Shown here: positions 25,589-30,632 of the stretch, one piece after another
Layout of the letters: every line of letters starts with the position of its first letter
How positions within the stretch are numbered: the first letter of the stretch is position 1
Source of the DNA: Archangium sp.
GTDB lineage: Bacteria; Myxococcota; Myxococcia; Myxococcales; Myxococcaceae
Reading direction: 5' to 3'
DNA: 30,632 nucleotides
Assembly: GCA_031367385.1 (NCBI GenBank)
Contig: JANLPS010000542.1
Span: 1 to 30,632 of the forward strand
Notes under the pieces: generated by a model
The model's database searches: none
What the model saw: the letters and a program-made list of their open reading frames with translations, nothing else
What the model was told of the DNA's origin: nothing
Translations under genes and position numbers: made by a program

Positions 25589-26194
25589 TCACAGCAGTTC
25601 GCGCAGTGACTTCAGGGTGAACTGGCCCTCGAGGCCCCCGAACCCGGCGAAGGGCACTCCGGCCCGCTCGGCGGCGAGGCGGTCGAAGCGAGAGTCACCG
25701 ACCATCACGGCCTCTTCGGGCGCGACACCCAACTCACGGCATGCGAGCAACACCAGGTCGGGGGCAGGCTTGGCCTCGGCGACCCGGTCGGCGGTGGCGT
25801 GTACCTCGAGCCAAGGGCGAAGCTCGGCTTTCTCGATGATCGCGCTCGCCAGAGGGCCGACGGTGTTGGTGACCAGGGCGCGGCGCACGCCGCGGGCAGC
25901 GAGCGTCGCAAGCACGTCTTTGGCGTCGGGGTTCACCCACACCGCGTCGAGGTGATTGACGAACTGCGCGGCGTAGAACGCATCGAGCTCGAACACCGTG
26001 CAGGTGAGCCCGAAGTACGGAATGTCGGCGGCGGTGCCTTGGCCGAAGGTCGGGGTGAACTCTTCGCGCGTAATCGGCCGGCCGCGAAACCGGCTGCCCG
26101 CCGCCTCGACCACCCGAAACCAGACCTCCGCGCTCTTCACGAGCACCCCGTCCATGTCGAAGAGCACGGCTGCGGCGTCGTTCAAGGTCGGCAT
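25589..26194 (-). CDS. HAD-superfamily hydrolase (phosphoglycolate phosphatase-like)
   Basis: Motif I FDMDGVL, motif II LVTN, motif III KPAP, motif IV VGDSRFD. Confidence 0.92.
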   Translation of the reverse strand: MPTLNDAAAVLFDMDGVLVKSAEVWFRVVEAAGSRFRGRPITREEFTPTFGQGTAADIPYFGLTCTVFELDAFYAAQFVNHLDAVWVNPDAKDVLATLAARGVRRALVTNTVGPLASAIIEKAELRPWLEVHATADRVAEAKPAPDLVLLACRELGVAPEEAVMVGDSRFDRLAAERAGVPFAGFGGLEGQFTLKSLRELL

Positions 26195-26226
26195 GCCGCT
26201 TCATACATGGTTACTACCGACATGCT

Positions 26227-26248
26227 TATAGTAATCGAGATTACTATA
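26227..26248. promoter_or_regulatory. Palindromic operator, probably bound by the adjacent MarR
   Basis: TATAGTAATC-GA-GATTACTATA: perfect 10-bp arms in an AT-rich 89-bp gap between divergent genes. Confidence 0.8.
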
Positions 26249-26283
26249 GCCATCACTACCAAAACCCACTACACCCCCGCGCT

Positions 26284-26727
26284 ATGGACGAACGACCTCG
26301 AGGAGGGCCGCTCAACGGCCCTGGGTTTCACCTGTGGAAGGCAAGCCTGCGCTGGTCTTCGGCAGTCGCCGAGTCACTCAAGCCACTGCAGATGACGCAC
26401 GTGCAGTTCTTCGTGCTGGGCGCGGTGGGGTTTCTCTCGAAGAGCAAGGGCAAGGCGCCCAAGCAGAGCGAGGTGGCCGAGTTCGCGGGCATCGACCCGA
26501 TGATGACCTCGAAGGTGGTGCGGGCGTTGGCGACCCGCGGGCTGCTCGAGCGCACCGATGACCCGACCGACAGCCGGGCCTGGCGGGTGAAGGTGACCAC
26601 CAAAGGCGAGCCGGTGTTGGTGCGCGCGACCTCGTTGGTGAAGACGGTCGACGCGGCGTTCTTCTCGTCGGTGGGCTCGCGGGTCTCCGAGCTGTCTGGT
26701 GAGCTCGACGAGCTGGCCAACGGGTGA
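26284..26727 (+). CDS. MarR-family transcriptional regulator
   Basis: PGFHLWK, MTHVQFFVL, KQSEVAEFAGIDPMMTSKVVRALATRGLLER and DSRAWRVKVTTKG (winged helix). Confidence 0.93.
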   Translation: MDERPRGGPLNGPGFHLWKASLRWSSAVAESLKPLQMTHVQFFVLGAVGFLSKSKGKAPKQSEVAEFAGIDPMMTSKVVRALATRGLLERTDDPTDSRAWRVKVTTKGEPVLVRATSLVKTVDAAFFSSVGSRVSELSGELDELANG

Positions 26728-27233
26728 CGAGCGACTTTCGCTTCTGCCCGCGCTGCGCGACCCCGCTTCACGAGCGGGAGGCCGGTGGGCGGGTTCGATT
26801 GGCCTGCCCTGCGGCCGGGTGTGGCTTCGTGCAGTGGGGCAACCCGACGCCGGTGGTCGGAGCGATCATCGAGCGAGATGGGCAGATTCTGCTCGCCCGA
26901 GGCAAGCACTGGCCCGAGAAGATGTTCGCGCTGGTGACCGGGTTCTTAGAAGCCGCGGAGTCACCCGAAGAAGGCGTGCGCCGAGAGGTCAAAGAAGAGC
27001 TGGGGCTGGACTCGACCATCTTGAGCCTGGTGGGGCTGTACCCGTTCGAGCAACAGAACCAGCTGCTGATCGTCTACCACCTGCTCGCCGCGCCGGGCCC
27101 GGTGGTCTTGAGCGACGAGCTGGCGGCGTACAAAGAAGTGCCGATTCAGAAGCTGCGCGCGTGGCCCATCGGTACCGGGCTCGCGGTGCAAGCCTTCATC
27201 GACGCCCGGCTCAAACGTCTTTCGGGCTCTTGA
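26724..27233 (+). CDS. NUDIX hydrolase with N-terminal zinc ribbon (NudC-like)
   Basis: FCPRCA...CPAAGC; Nudix box GFLEAAESPEEGVRREVKEELGL; GTGA overlap with marR. Confidence 0.9.
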   Translation: MTSDFRFCPRCATPLHEREAGGRVRLACPAAGCGFVQWGNPTPVVGAIIERDGQILLARGKHWPEKMFALVTGFLEAAESPEEGVRREVKEELGLDSTILSLVGLYPFEQQNQLLIVYHLLAAPGPVVLSDELAAYKEVPIQKLRAWPIGTGLAVQAFIDARLKRLSGS

Positions 27234-27783
27234 AGAAGGTGTGCTGGTAGTAGGCGAGCTCGGCGATCGAAGCGCGAATGTCGCTGAGCACGGTGTGCGC
27301 CGCGTCGACCTTCGAGCGCCCCCCCGCCTGGGGAAACCAGGCCTTGGTGAGAATTTTCACGCTGGAGACATCGACCATTCGGTAGTGCAGCACACGGTCG
27401 AAGCCCGGCATGAACCGGGTGATGAAGGCGCGATCGGTGGCGATTGAATTGCCCGACAAGATGCCCTCGCCGAACTCGCAGTGTTGCATCACCAGCTCCA
27501 TCGCCTGCTTCTCGGCGGTGCGCAGCGAGGTGTCTGACTGGCGCACGCGCTCGAGCAACCCATTCTTGGTGTGCATCTCTTTGACGAAGGGCTCCATGCG
27601 GTTGAGCATGTCGTCGGGCTGCCAGATGGCACACTCCCACTCGGCGAGCGGCTTCAAGTCGGGGCCGGTGATGACGATGCCCATCTCGATGATGGCGCAC
27701 ACGTTCGGGTCGAGCCCGGTCATTTCGAGGTCACACCAGACGAAGCGGGTCTCAGAAGGGCTGTTCATGGCCTTTCGACTCAT
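27211..27783 (-). CDS. orn: Oligoribonuclease
   Basis: VWCDLEMTGLDP, MHTKNGLL, LSGNSIATDRAF, LHYRMVDVSSVK and HTVLSDIRASIAELAYY (DEDDh). Start could be 27783 or 27768. Confidence 0.95.
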   Translation of the reverse strand: MSRKAMNSPSETRFVWCDLEMTGLDPNVCAIIEMGIVITGPDLKPLAEWECAIWQPDDMLNRMEPFVKEMHTKNGLLERVRQSDTSLRTAEKQAMELVMQHCEFGEGILSGNSIATDRAFITRFMPGFDRVLHYRMVDVSSVKILTKAWFPQAGGRSKVDAAHTVLSDIRASIAELAYYQHTFFKSPKDV

Positions 27784-27842
27784 ACGCCACCTTTCGCCGG
27801 AGGGAGGGGCGTTTTTCGCCCGACCTTGCTACGCGTGCCCCG

Positions 27843-28814
27843 GTGGACGCGAACCGATTCAAATCGAAGCTGAACGAAGCGGCCTTGAGCCAGCTGGCGG
27901 CGCTGTCGCTTGAGACGATGCTCGACACGCCGGTCGACGCGGTGCTCGACGAGGCGACCGTGGTGCGCATCACCCGCTCGGTGCTGGGTGGGTGGGTCGA
28001 GTCGAGTGAGGTGCTGCCGGCGTTGACTCGCGCGCTCGAGCGCACGATCAACGAGCTCTCGGGCAACCGCAAGACGGTGAAGCAGGTGCTCTCGCCCGAC
28101 GTGCGCGAGGCGGTGCGCGAGGTGGTGTCGCGGCCGTTTTCGCCTGACCGGGCGTTGGTGCTGAGCCTCATCGACCGGGCTCCGACGCGAGAGCTGGTGC
28201 GGCAGCTGCTGCTCGACGCGATTCTCGAGTTTGGCAAGCGGCTGAGCAGCCCCGTTTCGGGCGTGGCGAAGGGGTTGGGCTCGTTGGCGCGCCTGGCGAC
28301 CGACACGGTCAAGTCACGCGGTGGGGCCCTGGGCTCGATGGTCGGTGCGGTGTCGGGCGAGGTCGAGCGGCAACTCGAGAAGCGCGCGGTGGAGTTCGTC
28401 GACGCGGCGCTCGGCGGCATTCTCGGGCAGATCGCAGATTCAATCTCAGACCCACGGCGGGCGAACGAGGCGGCTGAGCTGCGCACCTCGGTCTTCGATG
28501 GCGCGATGAACCTGACGCTGCAGCAGCTCTCACGCGAGCTGATGAACGCCGACCTGCCTGGGGCCGCCGAGCTGTTGCGCGACGCACTTCGACGGTGGCT
28601 TCAGAGCGCCCAGGCCGATGTGCAGCTCGCCGAGCTGACCCGGTTCGCGCTCAGGTCGACTCCGCAGCGAACGCTTCGGGCGCTGTTGACGGAGTGGGGC
28701 CTTCTGGAGTCGGTCAAGCCGGTGATGCTCGAGCAGTTGAACGCGCGAATGACGGCGGTGGTGGCGAGCCCAGCGTTTCTCAGCTGGCTCGAGCAGCTCT
28801 TCGCCGGCGCCTGA
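27843..28814 (+). CDS. Hypothetical all-alpha protein
   Basis: 323-aa ORF with native GC3-rich codon usage and Leu/Ala-rich amphipathic helices; no family recognised. Confidence 0.75.
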   Translation: MDANRFKSKLNEAALSQLAALSLETMLDTPVDAVLDEATVVRITRSVLGGWVESSEVLPALTRALERTINELSGNRKTVKQVLSPDVREAVREVVSRPFSPDRALVLSLIDRAPTRELVRQLLLDAILEFGKRLSSPVSGVAKGLGSLARLATDTVKSRGGALGSMVGAVSGEVERQLEKRAVEFVDAALGGILGQIADSISDPRRANEAAELRTSVFDGAMNLTLQQLSRELMNADLPGAAELLRDALRRWLQSAQADVQLAELTRFALRSTPQRTLRALLTEWGLLESVKPVMLEQLNARMTAVVASPAFLSWLEQLFAGA

Positions 28815-28940
28815 CACGCCCAAACGCCAGCATCTTGACCGGGCGTCACTTCACCAAGCCCCGTTCGGCAATGACGTACTCAAGTGCCAGCCCCGGTGAC
28901 GTGGCCAAGAATGTTCGCCTCGCTGTGAGGCCGTCTTCAG

Positions 28941-30632
28941 TTACCCGGCCTTCTTGGGCTCGCTGAAAAGTGCTGGCTGGTTGACCTTCGAAATGTACGC
29001 GGCCACTTGGTCGACCGGCATCGGCTTACAGAACAGGTAACCCTGTACATCTTCGCATTCGAGCCCCTTGAGCATCTCAAGCTGCTGCTCGGTCTCGACA
29101 CCCTCAGCGGTGACGCGCAACGAGAGGCCGTGACCCAGCGCGATGATCGCGCGTACCACTTCGCGCACCCGCTCCGAGTCGGTGACCTGCGAAATGAAGG
29201 CGCGGTCGATTTTCAGGCCCGTGAACGGCAGCGCATGCAGGTTGGCCAGCGACGAGTAGCCAGTGCCAAAATCGTCCATCGTCACCTGAATGCCTCGTTG
29301 GCGGAGCAACTCCAGGTTGGCGATGACCTGGGGGCGATCCATCACGACCGTTTCGGTGACTTCGAGGCTGAGTCGACTCGGATCGAGCTTCGAGCTTGCG
29401 AGGGCTGACGTGATGAGTGCTTCGACGTCGGGTCGGTCGAGCAGCAAGCGCGAGCCGTTGATAGACACGGTCAGCGGCTCGGGCCACTTCGCGGCGAGCT
29501 CGCAGGCCCGCTCAAGCATCCACCGGTCGAGCAAGAGAATGAACCCTGTCTCTTCGGCGAGCGGCAAGAACTCAGCGGGCGGTATGAGGCCACGGGTCGG
29601 GTGTCTCCAACGGACGAGGGCTTCAAAGCCGCAGACCCGCCGCGTTTGCACCTTGAGAATGGGCTGAAAAAACACCTCGAGCTGATTGGTCTCGATGCTG
29701 CGGCGCAGCTCGCTTTCGAGCTCGAGCATGGCCAAGGCCCGTCGGTGCATGTCGGCATCGAACATCGCGACCTGGCCCCGACCGCCGGCCTTGGCGCGGT
29801 ACATCGCGGTGTCGGCGTCGCGGAGAATCTCTTCGGGCTGTTTGTATGATGGGTTGTGCATCGCGATGCCGATGCTGGCCCCGGTGAAGACCTCGCGGCC
29901 ATCGATTTGAAACGGTCGGGCGATCTCTTCGATGATGCGCTCAGCAACTCGCGACGCGCCGTCTGGAGCGCGAGCGTCGTCGAGCAGCAAGGCGAATTCG
30001 TCGCCGCCAAAGCGCGCTACCGTATCGATGGCCCGGGTGCTCTTCTCGAGCCGTTGGGAGATGCTTTTGAGTAACTTGTCGCCAGCGGTATGACCCAAAC
30101 TGTCATTGACGACCTTGAATCGGTCACAGTCGATGAAGAGCACTGCGAAGGTGTACTCCGGGTCGCGCCGGCTTCGGTTGAGCGCTTGCTGCAAACGATC
30201 GAGATACAGGGTGCGGTTGGCCAGACCCGTGAGCGGGTCGCGGTTTCGAGCGAAGGTCACGTCAGAGAGCGAGCCGGCGATTCGAGTAGCCACCCCTTGC
30301 GCGTCGCGCACCGTGCTGCCGCGCAAACGCACCCACCGGTAGGAGCCGTTGTGGTGGGCCACGCGAAGATCGGCTTCGAGTCTCGAGATGGTGCCCCGAA
30401 TGGTGGCGTCGAGCTCGGCTTGAAAGCGCGGCCTGTCTTCGTCGTGCAAGCGAAACAGAAACGCGCTCAGCGTGTGGTCGGGGTGGTCGGCCAGCCCCAA
30501 CATCACCGTCCATTGGTCTGACAAGAACAGCTCGCTCTGGCCGACCTTCCAGTCCCAAATGGCGTCGGTCGAACCGTTCACCGCCAGCTCGTAGGGCAGC
30601 GCAATCTCTTCGCACAGCCAGGTGACTTTTTT
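28941..30632 (-). CDS. PAS-GGDEF-EAL diguanylate cyclase/phosphodiesterase (5' end missing)
   Basis: PAS (AIWDW...YRWVRLRG), DPLTGLANR, RAID I-site before GGDEF, EALVRW, DDFGTGYSSL, EGVE, QGY. The frame stays open to the window edge. Confidence 0.93.
   Translation of the reverse strand, partial: KKVTWLCEEIALPYELAVNGSTDAIWDWKVGQSELFLSDQWTVMLGLADHPDHTLSAFLFRLHDEDRPRFQAELDATIRGTISRLEADLRVAHHNGSYRWVRLRGSTVRDAQGVATRIAGSLSDVTFARNRDPLTGLANRTLYLDRLQQALNRSRRDPEYTFAVLFIDCDRFKVVNDSLGHTAGDKLLKSISQRLEKSTRAIDTVARFGGDEFALLLDDARAPDGASRVAERIIEEIARPFQIDGREVFTGASIGIAMHNPSYKQPEEILRDADTAMYRAKAGGRGQVAMFDADMHRRALAMLELESELRRSIETNQLEVFFQPILKVQTRRVCGFEALVRWRHPTRGLIPPAEFLPLAEETGFILLLDRWMLERACELAAKWPEPLTVSINGSRLLLDRPDVEALITSALASSKLDPSRLSLEVTETVVMDRPQVIANLELLRQRGIQVTMDDFGTGYSSLANLHALPFTGLKIDRAFISQVTDSERVREVVRAIIALGHGLSLRVTAEGVETEQQLEMLKGLECEDVQGYLFCKPMPVDQVAAYISKVNQPALFSEPKKAG

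Noticed and set aside
28815..28940. ncRNA or terminator between the convergent genes
   Set aside because: Only weak, imperfect complementarity, with no U-tract or recognisable RNA motif.

Overview
GC-rich bacterial DNA. Gene content (lpxI-type lipid A operon, Cys-rich and DAG-linker lipoproteins, a vWA lipoprotein) suggests Myxococcota. From left to right: a minus-strand envelope operon (ompH/skp-lpxD-fabZ-lpxA-lpxI, cut by the window edge); two divergent hypothetical genes; an ~800 bp quasi-palindromic array built from degenerate copies of the second gene's 3' end; addB-addA-purA on the minus strand; and lspA. Next is an ~10 kb block of exported proteins: a secreted partner protein, a Gly-rich lipoprotein, a lipoprotein with ~120 Cys, a vWA/MIDAS lipoprotein and a convergent Ig-like/Kelch lipoprotein. 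The right end has a HAD hydrolase, MarR-NUDIX with a palindromic operator, oligoribonuclease, a hypothetical protein and a PAS-GGDEF-EAL gene; the last ~50 bp look chimeric (GST-like). The best candidates for novelty are the lspA-linked surface lipoprotein system, recurrent degenerate 'echo' duplications at gene boundaries (including a triplicated start and signal peptide), and an AddA with a long repeat-containing N-terminal arm carrying a clamp-binding-like motif. All family calls come from motif recognition; no database searches were run.
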